Virus genome (UHGV): UHGV-0050635
Source: a virus
Reading direction: 5' to 3' (one strand)
Length of the DNA: 10,490 bases
The position numbers and the translations under genes were made by a program. Shown in pieces: positions 1 through 6,520 of the stretch (position 1 is its first letter; each line of letters begins with the position of its first letter). The notes below the pieces were generated by a model. It saw nothing but the letters and a program-made list of their open reading frames with translations. It was not told the origin of the DNA and made no database searches.

Positions 1-611
1 TTTTCAAGGATCGAAACTTCTGGGTTTTCGTCATATTTATTGTGGGGACGTGGTCTTTCTATAACATTTTTGATCAACAACTTTTTCCTGTCTTTTATGC
101 AGGTTTATTCGAATCACACGATGTAGGAACGCGCCTGTATGGTTATCTCAACTCATTCCAGGTGGTACTCGAAGCGCTGTGCATGGCGATTATTCCTTTC
201 TTTGTGAATCGGGTAGGGCCAAAAAATGCATTACTTATCGGAGTTGTGATTATGGCGTTGCGTATCCTTTCCTGCGCGCTGTTCGTTAACCCCTGGATTA
301 TTTCATTAGTGAAGTTGTTACATGCCATTGAGGTTCCACTTTGTGTCATATCCGTCTTCAAATACAGCGTGGCAAACTTTGATAAGCGCCTGTCGTCGAC
401 GATCTTTCTGATTGGTTTTCAAATTGCCAGTTCGCTTGGGATTGTGCTGCTTTCAACGCCGACTGGGATACTCTTTGACCACGCAGGCTACCAGACAGTT
501 TTCTTCGCAATTTCGGGTATTGTCTGCCTGATGTTGCTATTTGGCATTTTCTTCTTGAGTAAAAAACGCGAGCAAATAGTTATGGAAACGCCTGTACCTT
601 CAGCAATATAG
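1..611 (+). CDS. MFS transporter, LacY/oligosaccharide:H+ symporter family, C-terminal fragment (5' end lies outside the window; frame is open from nt 3, stop TAG 609-611)
   Basis: Reading frame is open from the window edge to 611. Translation aligns by eye with the LacY C-terminal half (GTR.YGY...NR.G.KNALL...KYS/ITS.F..R.S.TI.L motifs) and contains multiple hydrophobic helices. Probable host flank gene. Confidence 0.8.
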   Translation, partial: FKDRNFWVFVIFIVGTWSFYNIFDQQLFPVFYAGLFESHDVGTRLYGYLNSFQVVLEALCMAIIPFFVNRVGPKNALLIGVVIMALRILSCALFVNPWIISLVKLLHAIEVPLCVISVFKYSVANFDKRLSSTIFLIGFQIASSLGIVLLSTPTGILFDHAGYQTVFFAISGIVCLMLLFGIFFLSKKREQIVMETPVPSAI

Positions 612-622
612 ACGTAAACTTT

Positions 623-662
623 TTCCGGTTGTTGTCGATAGCTCTATATCCCTCAACCGGAA
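623..662 (+). terminator. Inverted repeat just downstream of the transporter stop (ttccggttg ... caaccggaa, 9-bp stem, ~22-nt loop); weak terminator or recombination-site candidate
   Basis: Perfect 9-bp inverted repeat seen in sequence at 623-631 / 654-662. No strong U-tract follows, so terminator function is uncertain. Confidence 0.3.
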
Positions 663-1140
663 AATAATAATAGTAAAATGCTTAGCCCTGCTAATAATCG
701 CCTAATCCAAACGCCTCATTCATGTTCTGGTACAGTCGCTCAAATGTACTTCAGATGCGCGGTTCGCTGATTTCCAGGACATTGTCGTCATTCAGTGACC
801 TGTCCCGTGTATCACGGTCCTGCGAATTCATCAAGGAATGCATTGCGGAGTGAAGTATCGAGTCACGCCATATTTCGCTATCAGGATTCTGTGTGATGGT
901 TACATCGCCCGGCCCAGGGCTGTTTAGTCATCAGCGCTTTCTGACAGTGCTGAGATTTCAACCTGTTGCAGTAAAAATGAGTAGATATAAGGCAAGTGTG
1001 CTGCCAAACCCATCTTTTACGGGGTGAAGGTAGATTTCGTTTGAAGGGTATCTGGTGTCCCCTGCAGACATCTACTTGGCGCGGCAGGGGATTGATTGGA
1101 ATGATGTTTTTTAGATGTGAAAAATATTTTACCCGCTATT

Positions 1141-1341
1141 TTACCCATTGGCGCGGCTTAAGAGCTTATTTTTGAATTCACAATGGTCACGATATAACCA
1201 TCTTGCTCGTCCGTGGATAACTTTGGCTTTTGGCAGGTCGCCGGACTTAATCCGGTCGTAGATGAAGGTTTTACCGAAGCCAGTATCGGCCATGATGAAT
1301 TTCAAATCAACCAGTGAATCAGGCTGTAGTTCGTGTTGCAT
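1141..1341 (-). CDS. AlpA/Xis-family small DNA-binding protein (putative excisionase or prophage regulatory protein)
   Basis: 66-aa ORF with ATG at 1341 and a GGAGA motif 8 nt upstream. The translation LVDLKFIMADTGFGKTFIYDRIKSGDLPKAKVIHGRARW matches the AlpA/phage-excisionase HTH signature (TG.S.STIY ... G.FP.P.K.G.RA..W). Confidence 0.7.
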   Translation of the reverse strand: MQHELQPDSLVDLKFIMADTGFGKTFIYDRIKSGDLPKAKVIHGRARWLYRDHCEFKNKLLSRANG

Positions 1342-1383
1342 GAGTGCTATCTCCGAATAGGGAATCGAACCTGCAAATCAGGT

Positions 1384-1407
1384 AATAAAAAAACCGCATT
1401 GATGCGG
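1384..1407 (-). terminator. Rho-independent terminator on the - strand between the upstream 114-aa gene and the xis-like gene
   Basis: On the - strand, hairpin ccgca-ttga-tgcgg is followed by TTTTTTTTATT. Confidence 0.6.
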
Positions 1408-1435
1408 CGATGGTAGGTCTGGATATCTTGATAAA

Positions 1436-1461
1436 TGAAAATGCCTCATCGAGTGTGAGGC
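1436..1461 (-). terminator. Terminator-like hairpin immediately after the stop of the 1465..1809 gene (- strand)
   Basis: Stem gcctca/tgaggc with a 7-nt loop; on the - strand it is followed by ATTTTCATTTA. Confidence 0.4.
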
Positions 1462-1464
1462 GGG

Positions 1465-1809
1465 TTAGTCCTTGCGTAGCTCGCTAATTCTTCTGTAAGT
1501 CTCTGGTGCTTTGTTTCCGTGTATCTTCATTTCAGACTTCAACAGAGCAACGAGTGAATCCCATTCGTTGAGGATTCCTTTGAATGCCGGAACGCGCTTT
1601 GCAACCTTGTCGAATGAATCTCTGATTTCTGGAATCTGCTCAACAAGTGCAACGCATCGTCGGAAATCGGCTGCATCATGTGGAGCGCCGAAGTGATGAC
1701 CATAGATATTCTTTTTCAGTCCACATGCGATTGAGGCAAGAGTTGCGCTACTGATGCCGACATCGCCAGTCGATTGCCATTTCAAAACCTTCATAGCCAA
1801 ATCTGACAT
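1465..1809 (-). CDS. Hypothetical phage early protein (114 aa)
   Basis: ORF with ATG at 1809 and GGAGA 6 nt upstream. Same orientation as the left operon. No family recognised. Confidence 0.7.
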   Translation of the reverse strand: MSDLAMKVLKWQSTGDVGISSATLASIACGLKKNIYGHHFGAPHDAADFRRCVALVEQIPEIRDSFDKVAKRVPAFKGILNEWDSLVALLKSEMKIHGNKAPETYRRISELRKD

Positions 1810-1822
1810 TTCTTGTCTCCAT

Positions 1823-1879
1823 AAAACAAAACTCGCCGTAGCGAGTTCAGATAAAAGAAAACCCGCACTCGGCGGGTTC
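1823..1879 (-). terminator. Two tandem intrinsic-terminator hairpins on the - strand (1861-1879 aacccgc-actcg-gcgggtt plus T-tract; 1831-1846 actcgc-cgta-gcgagt plus T-tract)
   Basis: On the - strand each GC-rich stem-loop is followed directly by a T-rich run (TTCTTTTATC and TTTTGTTTTAT). They sit downstream of the 2158..2400 transcription unit and just upstream of the 1809 start codon. Confidence 0.5.
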
Positions 1880-1898
1880 GCATTCGTTCAAATTGCGT

Positions 1899-2180
1899 TT
1901 ACTTCTTGGCGTTCTGTTCATCCATATCGATATACCATGGGTTGCTTCCCTTGGGCATGTTTAACGACTGCTCGCGATAGTATCTGATGCGCTCCATGAA
2001 ATACTCGCGTGAGTGCTCAGGTTGCTCTCATGATACCTGCTCAGTGATAACAGGTATGTTAAGGCGCTCTCTGTACTCCATGCCTGATGCTGCAAGGTCA
2101 ACGTTTACCTTGTTCTGTTTTTCTTTCGATTTCTCGGCGATGTTATGCCTGACATTGTCAACCCGCCTCCTTCTGAACAT
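1899..2180 (-). pseudogene. Small ORF interrupted by a single in-frame TGA (50-aa N-terminal ORF 2028..2180 plus 42 further in-frame codons to 1899); possible nonsense pseudogene or a 50-aa basic protein
   Basis: Manual translation of the - strand: MFRRRRVDNVRHNIAEKSKEKQNKVNVDLAASGMEYRERLNIPVITEQVS-TGA-EQPEHSREYFMERIRYYREQSLNMPKGSNPWYIDMDEQNAKK. No convincing RBS. Overlaps the 3' end of the 2158..2400 gene by 23 nt. Confidence 0.25.
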
Positions 2181-2400
2181 AACGGTTATAAATCAGTCCC
2201 TGAGGGCCATAAGGAAGCGGGATGTGCAACTCCTCTGGTTCAGAAACTATCCATTCTCCGGCCATCTCCGCTGGAGAGGTAATGATAAGTTGTTTGCTAA
2301 TAAAAGGACCACTCCTCTCAACAACAAGCTTACCATCTTCATTAATAAAAGCTTGGATGTCAGGTGTGCTTCCACACTTGGTGATGCAGCGTTTGAACAT
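2158..2400 (-). CDS. Hypothetical small protein (80 aa, MFKRCITKCGSTPDIQAFINEDGKLVVERSG...); moron-like gene with its own promoter. Alternative start at 2415
   Basis: ORF on the - strand with ATG at 2400 (upstream in-frame ATG at 2415). Immediately downstream of an extended -10 promoter element inside an AT-rich intergenic island. Confidence 0.55.
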   Translation of the reverse strand: MFKRCITKCGSTPDIQAFINEDGKLVVERSGPFISKQLIITSPAEMAGEWIVSEPEELHIPLPYGPQGLIYNRYVQKEAG

Positions 2401-2424
2401 TTTGTGTCCCCCCATTTTATGTAC

Positions 2425-2445
2425 GGGGTAATTATAACACATTGA
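2425..2445 (-). promoter_or_regulatory. Candidate sigma70 extended -10 promoter (TGTTATAAT on the - strand, forward 2431-2439) driving the 2158..2400 gene
   Basis: Perfect TGnTATAAT read on the - strand, in a ~75% AT intergenic region (2443-2526). No good -35, as is typical of extended -10 promoters. Confidence 0.4.
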
Positions 2446-2526
2446 AATATAGTAATATTTGACGTAGATTTCTTTTGATCTATAAGCGATTTTTTAATGC
2501 TTTTAAGTTATAAATACTTGTTTTCA

Positions 2527-3198
2527 TCACCCATCTTGCTGCGGTGCTACTATTGAAAAGTGCTCACACCCTTTAGCCCAAATAGTTTTGATAGTTGTCC
2601 AACTGACTGGAACCTTGATTTCGATTCTCCCGCTACAGTCACAAGTTTCGCAATCATCATCACCAAAGCATTCCGGGCAGCTTATAAACGTAGTTTCTGA
2701 AAATTCACCGGATAGCACACCCTTAGCGCCGTTCTCGGCTGTTAGTCTCTTCGGCACCATGACCCAACCATCCGGAATTACCGGAGAGTTGCCGGGTTCT
2801 TTAATGTGCAAGCGAGGCTCACCATCTTTTGGCTCAGGCCACTGGCGCTCCATGTTGATCTTCAATTTATCTTCCATAGCAGCGGTAATTTCAGCATCGC
2901 TGATGCCAGCACGGCGCTGTGAATCCCACAACAGAAACTGCATATCAGCCCACTCGCTAAGATCGTCTGGTTCGGCTGCGGCTTCCAGTGCCTCTTTTGA
3001 GAGGTGTTTCAGTGGACCAATGGGGCCAACGCAGCCAAATGTGGAGTCAGACCATTTGGCATGCTCGTGGCGAATCTGTTCGCGTTCCAGTGATGCCAGT
3101 GCAATTCGTGCCAGTTCCATTTGTTCGCCACGAGTAAGCCCGTTTTCAAGCGGATTTTTAATGAATAATTCGATACGTTCTTTGGTAATAGTGGTCAT
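2527..3198 (-). CDS. Putative MazG-like (all-alpha) dNTP/NTP pyrophosphohydrolase domain protein with a Cys-rich C-terminal domain (223 aa)
   Basis: ATG at 3198 with AAGGTGA upstream. The N-terminal region (EQMELARIALASLEREQIRHEHAKWSDSTFG ... DMQFLLWDSQRRAGISDAEITAAMEDKL) resembles the phage dATP/dGTP pyrophosphohydrolase/MazG-like fold. The C-terminus carries CPECFGDDDCETCDC. Family assignment is from recalled motifs, not a search. Confidence 0.5.
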   Translation of the reverse strand: MTTITKERIELFIKNPLENGLTRGEQMELARIALASLEREQIRHEHAKWSDSTFGCVGPIGPLKHLSKEALEAAAEPDDLSEWADMQFLLWDSQRRAGISDAEITAAMEDKLKINMERQWPEPKDGEPRLHIKEPGNSPVIPDGWVMVPKRLTAENGAKGVLSGEFSETTFISCPECFGDDDCETCDCSGRIEIKVPVSWTTIKTIWAKGCEHFSIVAPQQDG

Positions 3199-3200
3199 AG

Positions 3201-3392
3201 CTATTTCACCTTAATCTCAACATTTCGCAGCTTTAGCTCTACTGGCAGGTCTGACTTTCCTGTTAATGCTAATGCGAGATTTTCTGGGGTAATGAGAGCA
3301 GTTATTGCTTTCCCCATTGCCAGACGAATAATTATTCGTATTTCGCGATCGTCACATGCTCCTGGTCGAACGATTGATATTTGTCCGTCCAT
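3201..3392 (-). CDS. Hypothetical small protein (63 aa, MDGQISIVRPGACDDREIRIIIRLAMGK...)
   Basis: ATG at 3392 preceded by AAGGAG at 6-nt spacing. Its start lies 1 nt after the stop of the upstream gene. The longer track ORF (to 3434) begins with TTG and lacks an RBS. Confidence 0.55.
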   Translation of the reverse strand: MDGQISIVRPGACDDREIRIIIRLAMGKAITALITPENLALALTGKSDLPVELKLRNVEIKVK

Positions 3393-3393
3393 C

Positions 3394-3822
3394 TCACTCT
3401 CCTTTGATGCGAATGCCAGCGGCGCGGGAATCATTCCATCGCTTTACTTCTTCACGAATTACGTCAATGCATTCTTTCGAATCCATTAGGTAATCTTCAT
3501 CAAAAAGACGTTCCTGTTCGTTTTCTATCGCAACAATGATTGCTTCAACTAACTTTTGTGCCTGAGAACCACTTTCTAACTCTGCAATGCGCTTCTCTGC
3601 GGCTTCCAGCTCATCCAGCAGCGCCCGAACTACATCAGCGGTTTTCTGGCACTGGTCAACAATGCTAACGTCACAACCAGTATCGAAACCGTCCTCAGTT
3701 TCAAAGCGGGTCTCTACAGAGTCGCCGTCGATATCAGATGGTTCGAACCCGGCAATGTTTTCCAGAATGCCGATTATGCTTTCTGCGCTATGACGTAATG
3801 CGCGTTTATCGATGTTGCTCAT
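3394..3822 (-). CDS. Hypothetical acidic coiled-coil protein (142 aa)
   Basis: ATG at 3822 with AAGGAG 7 nt upstream. ATGA start/stop overlap with the upstream gene indicates translational coupling. Confidence 0.75.
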   Translation of the reverse strand: MSNIDKRALRHSAESIIGILENIAGFEPSDIDGDSVETRFETEDGFDTGCDVSIVDQCQKTADVVRALLDELEAAEKRIAELESGSQAQKLVEAIIVAIENEQERLFDEDYLMDSKECIDVIREEVKRWNDSRAAGIRIKGE

Positions 3823-4250
3823 GACCGCACTCCTTTGCGAAGCTGGGAAGCAAATTCACGGATAGTGTCATCAAGGTCTGGACACAACAGATTGTCAGCA
3901 AACATCTCTACCCCCTGCGCCCGTACTTCAGCCAGGAAAGCGTCGGTGGCTGGGGTGTCTGATTGCAGAGACTTTGCGCGATAGTCATTCCACCCTCTTG
4001 CATACATGGGATTAACTTGCACTCCATCTTTTACGCAATATGCCTGCCCTCCACGGTTGATAACCTCGATTTCGTCCATAGCGCCAGACTTCAGCCCCGC
4101 ATTCTCCGCTGCCAGCGCCGCGCACTTGGCCTCCGCTTCAGCAAATTTACGCACCAGATATTCAGCGTTTGTTTCGTTAACCTTTAAATCTCGTGGGATG
4201 CATTTACCTTTCAGAAATCCATCCATCTCAATTAGTGACATTTGTTTCAT
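3819..4250 (-). CDS. Hypothetical protein (143 aa)
   Basis: ATG at 4250. ATGA overlap with the stop of the upstream small gene. Part of the coupled leftward operon. Confidence 0.75.
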   Translation of the reverse strand: MKQMSLIEMDGFLKGKCIPRDLKVNETNAEYLVRKFAEAEAKCAALAAENAGLKSGAMDEIEVINRGGQAYCVKDGVQVNPMYARGWNDYRAKSLQSDTPATDAFLAEVRAQGVEMFADNLLCPDLDDTIREFASQLRKGVRS

Positions 4251-4411
4251 TTCTTCCCACTCCGCAACATCGCATTCAGATATTTGTTTTGATTCACTGA
4301 TGGAAAAGAATTTCTCTTAAGCAATTCCTCTCTCGATGGCATTGGCTTTACGCGTTGGCGAATAATCATTTCTGCCGGAAGAATGCCGGGATTGTATGCA
4401 AGTCCTCTCAT
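4247..4411 (-). CDS. Hypothetical small protein (54 aa from ATG 4411; alternative in-frame starts at 4429 and 4444)
   Basis: GAGGAA lies 6 nt upstream of ATG 4411. The longer track ORF (to 4561) overlaps the neighbouring gene by 140 bp and is unlikely in full. The stop overlaps the next start (ATGA). Confidence 0.45.
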   Translation of the reverse strand: MRGLAYNPGILPAEMIIRQRVKPMPSREELLKRNSFPSVNQNKYLNAMLRSGKK

Positions 4412-4421
4412 GGTAAATTCC

Positions 4422-4715
4422 TCAGTCATTACTGATAGCGCCATAGCGTGAGCGGTAATTACGCAGGCGCGGGTCAATTTCAGGGAAGTGGGTATATGTG
4501 GCTTTGCGGAATGGTCGGATTGATGTCTGGTAAATTCGCTCGCGTTCTTCTTTCTCTGCAAGCCATATACAATGGCGAAATTCCTTTTCCTCTTTCGTTT
4601 CCTGCGGTAGCGACATTATCCGGTCGTAGTTTTTCCTGAATTTATCCAGCACCTCCGATACGGAATTGCCGGAACAGCGGCGCGGGTCATCCGCACCATA
4701 CTGAGGCGCTGGCAT
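4422..4715 (-). CDS. Hypothetical protein (97 aa)
   Basis: ATG at 4715 with AGGAGAA 5 nt upstream, 14 nt downstream of the ssb stop. Confidence 0.7.
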   Translation of the reverse strand: MPAPQYGADDPRRCSGNSVSEVLDKFRKNYDRIMSLPQETKEEKEFRHCIWLAEKEERERIYQTSIRPFRKATYTHFPEIDPRLRNYRSRYGAISND

Positions 4716-4728
4716 GATTTTCTCCTGA

Positions 4729-5235
4729 TTAAATTGCGTGAATAGCGTGACGAGGGAAGGGGAGAGTTACTGGTGCAAAGGGTATATCGTCGTCAAAATC
4801 CATCGGAGGTTCGTTGTGTTGTGCTGGTGATGATTGCCGCTGTGGCTTCTGTGATTGCCTGCTGGCTGCTTGTTGTTTGCTGTCGCCAATGCCGCCAAGC
4901 ATTTGCATCACGCCATTAATTCCGACATGAACCTCGGTTGTGTAACGGTCTTGCCCTGACTGGTCTTTCCACTTTCTGGTTCTCAGCATTCCCTCGAAAT
5001 AAATCTGATCACCTTTTTTCACATACTGCCCCACGACCTCAGCCAGTTTCCCGGATACAGCAACACGATGCCATTCAGTCAATTCCTTTTGCTCGCCAGT
5101 ATTTTTATCTAGCCATTGTTCTGACGTGGCTATTGTCAGGTTAGCGAACGCTGTTCCTGATGGTGAGTATCGAACTTCCGGGTCTTGTCCTACCCGACCA
5201 AGGATAATCACCTTATTTACGCCTCTGCTTGCCAT
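4729..5235 (-). CDS. ssb: Single-stranded DNA-binding protein (phage-encoded SSB) with an unusual 15-aa C-terminal extension beyond the DDDIPF tip
   Basis: Translation [23 protein letters not shown]...TEWHRV...GQDRYTTEV...[11 protein letters not shown] is collinear with E. coli SSB (OB fold, Gly/Gln-rich linker, acidic tip). Here the reading frame continues [15 protein letters not shown] before the stop at 4729-4731. Confidence 0.9.
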   Translation of the reverse strand: MASRGVNKVIILGRVGQDPEVRYSPSGTAFANLTIATSEQWLDKNTGEQKELTEWHRVAVSGKLAEVVGQYVKKGDQIYFEGMLRTRKWKDQSGQDRYTTEVHVGINGVMQMLGGIGDSKQQAASRQSQKPQRQSSPAQHNEPPMDFDDDIPFAPVTLPFPRHAIHAI

Positions 5236-5943
5236 TTATGCCGCCTGTTTTAGTTCGTTAACTCTGATGTTCATTACCTGAACGCATTTAGCCTGCGCCT
5301 CCTCGTTGCCAGCCATTAATTGCCAGTCACGCTGATAACGCTCGATGAGTTTTTTCTTGTCAGTTTCTGTTGACGCATAATCGCTGAAGTCTTTCAGGAT
5401 TTGTTCGCAGTCAACCGATGGAGATTTCTGGTTGGTATTTTCTGGTGATGGTTTGTTATCTGATGCTGGGATTGCCCATCCCGGCAGTGATGGAGGGAGC
5501 CAGTAAAATCCTGTTCCATCCTTCAGTTTTGCCCTGTGCCACCCCTGCTTTTTATCGAGAGATGTTTGTGCGAAACCTTCCTCAAGGTTATACAGATACC
5601 GACCGATTCCCCACTGAACGGCAGCGCGCTTCATTGCACCGGAACGACCGCCTTTGACGGCTTCTACCTGCGTGTTTTCAGCAGCATCCCATTTGGTTAC
5701 CCATTCGGAATCAATCTTGATTGATATGCCGCATTCAACTCCGCCGTTGTTGGGAATATCGCGGTATTCATTGCGCCATCCTGCTTTGCCGCAAACATCG
5801 TCCAGGCGCTTCATGATTGCCCGGTTCGTGACATAAGCCAGCACCATAGCCCACACCTTGCCATCGCGTGTTTTACCGCTTTGCTGTATTCGCCATTCGA
5901 TATCTTCAGGGCTGAATGGCTCATCGAATTTGTTCAAATCCAT
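5236..5943 (-). CDS. Rad52/Sak-like single-strand annealing protein (phage recombinase), 235 aa
   Basis: ATG at 5943 with GAGGTGA upstream. Motifs KAGWRNEY ... GGVECGISI ... GGRSGAMKRAAVQWGIGRYLYN resemble the Rad52/22-family SSAP core. The stop abuts the ssb start (TAAATG). Confidence 0.7.
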   Translation of the reverse strand: MDLNKFDEPFSPEDIEWRIQQSGKTRDGKVWAMVLAYVTNRAIMKRLDDVCGKAGWRNEYRDIPNNGGVECGISIKIDSEWVTKWDAAENTQVEAVKGGRSGAMKRAAVQWGIGRYLYNLEEGFAQTSLDKKQGWHRAKLKDGTGFYWLPPSLPGWAIPASDNKPSPENTNQKSPSVDCEQILKDFSDYASTETDKKKLIERYQRDWQLMAGNEEAQAKCVQVMNIRVNELKQAA

Positions 5944-6042
5944 AATTCACCTCAGAATGGACACGGCCCAAGGAAATAACGCTGATTTAATACTTCGACT
6001 CGGGACAAATTAAGGCATACCCGCATTCCTTCGCGGTCGCCA

Positions 6043-6201
6043 TTATGGCGATACCAGAGAGCTTTCTGCGTGTACATGCGTCTCTGTAACTTGCTCTCCT
6101 TCACTGTGGTTGCAAGTGACATGAATATCTCCTTCGTTACCGATTAATTCTTTCATCTGACGAATGAATTCTTCGTCTGACCAGTTATCCGTAAAACTCA
6201 T
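6043..6201 (-). CDS. Hypothetical small protein (52 aa) in the position lambda kil occupies (immediately after and overlapping cIII)
   Basis: ATG at 6201 overlaps the TGA of the cIII-like gene (ATGA). Assignment is by position only; no sequence similarity to Kil is claimed. Confidence 0.45.
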   Translation of the reverse strand: MSFTDNWSDEEFIRQMKELIGNEGDIHVTCNHSEGEQVTETHVHAESSLVSP

Positions 6202-6368
6202 GGACGGCCTTGTTGTTTCAAAATATCCCAAAGCTTTTCGAGCAAACTTTTCATTCTTGGTTGTTTAAAGTCTGCTCCGGTTAAAATATTTTTTCGTGAA
6301 TGCTGTACCGATAAAATCGGGTTGAAAGGGCGAACCGATGCCGCCCCTGCAATAGCGAACTGTTGCAT
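6198..6368 (-). CDS. cIII: cIII-like protein (putative FtsH/HflB inhibitor that stabilises cII), 56 aa
   Basis: ATG at 6368 with AGGAG 7 nt upstream. The N-terminus MQQFAIAG and the SLLEKLWDILKQQG segment parallel lambda CIII (MQYAIAG ... SLLERITRKL...IDILNQPG). Position in the operon matches. Confidence 0.6.
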   Translation of the reverse strand: MQQFAIAGAASVRPFNPILSVQHSRKNILTGADFKQPRMKSLLEKLWDILKQQGRP

Positions 6369-6432
6369 AGGATGCTCCTTCTGTTTGATTGCATAACGAA
6401 AACGCCTCAAGTGAAGCGTTATTGGTATGCAT

Positions 6433-6459
6433 ATAAAAAAGCCCTCACACTGGAGGGCG
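6433..6459 (-). terminator. Rho-independent terminator on the - strand upstream of cIII (tL-like, presumably overridden by N)
   Basis: On the - strand, stem gccctc-cagtgt-gagggc is followed by TTTTTTATAT. Confidence 0.6.
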
Positions 6460-6520
6460 AAGAAGATTTCCAATAATCAGAACAAGTCGGCTCCTGTTTA
6501 GTTACGAGCGACATTGCTCC

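Noticed and set aside
143-361. 72-aa - strand ORF inside the transporter gene
   Set aside because: Antisense to a clearly coding LacY-family frame with hydrophobic helices; shadow ORF.
1355-1375. tRNA T-arm-like motif (GGTTCGATTCC on the - strand) upstream of the xis-like gene, considered as a tRNA fragment or att core
   Set aside because: Flanking sequence does not form a T-stem or acceptor stem, so no tRNA can be folded. A single 11-nt near-match is insufficient, and the position (between xis and the upstream gene rather than beside an integrase) does not fit attP.
1754-2445. + strand ORFs 1754..1987 and 1987..2445 (77 and 152 aa), plus 2222..2431
   Set aside because: Cys/Ser/Leu-rich junk-like translations antisense to - strand genes and terminators, with no RBS and against the operon orientation. 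Considered shadow ORFs.
2588-3214. 208-aa + strand ORF antisense to the MazG-like gene
   Set aside because: Ser/Leu/Ile-rich low-complexity translation with no RBS. It lies entirely within a well-supported - strand gene in a consistent leftward operon, so it is a shadow ORF.
5990-6043. 17-aa micro-ORF (MATAKECGYALICPESKY) overlapping the stop of the kil-position gene
   Set aside because: No RBS, very short, and the intergenic region is better explained as the Rad52-like gene's RBS region (GAGGTGA). Insufficient evidence.
6043-6231. Longer track versions of several - strand ORFs (6043..6231, 6198..6473, 6593..7231, 8326..8661, 7985..8329, 3201..3434, 4247..4561)
   Set aside because: The extended N-termini begin at TTG/GTG or at ATGs without an RBS and would overlap neighbouring genes. 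Internal ATGs with Shine-Dalgarno motifs and ATGA coupling give more plausible starts, as used in the feature list.
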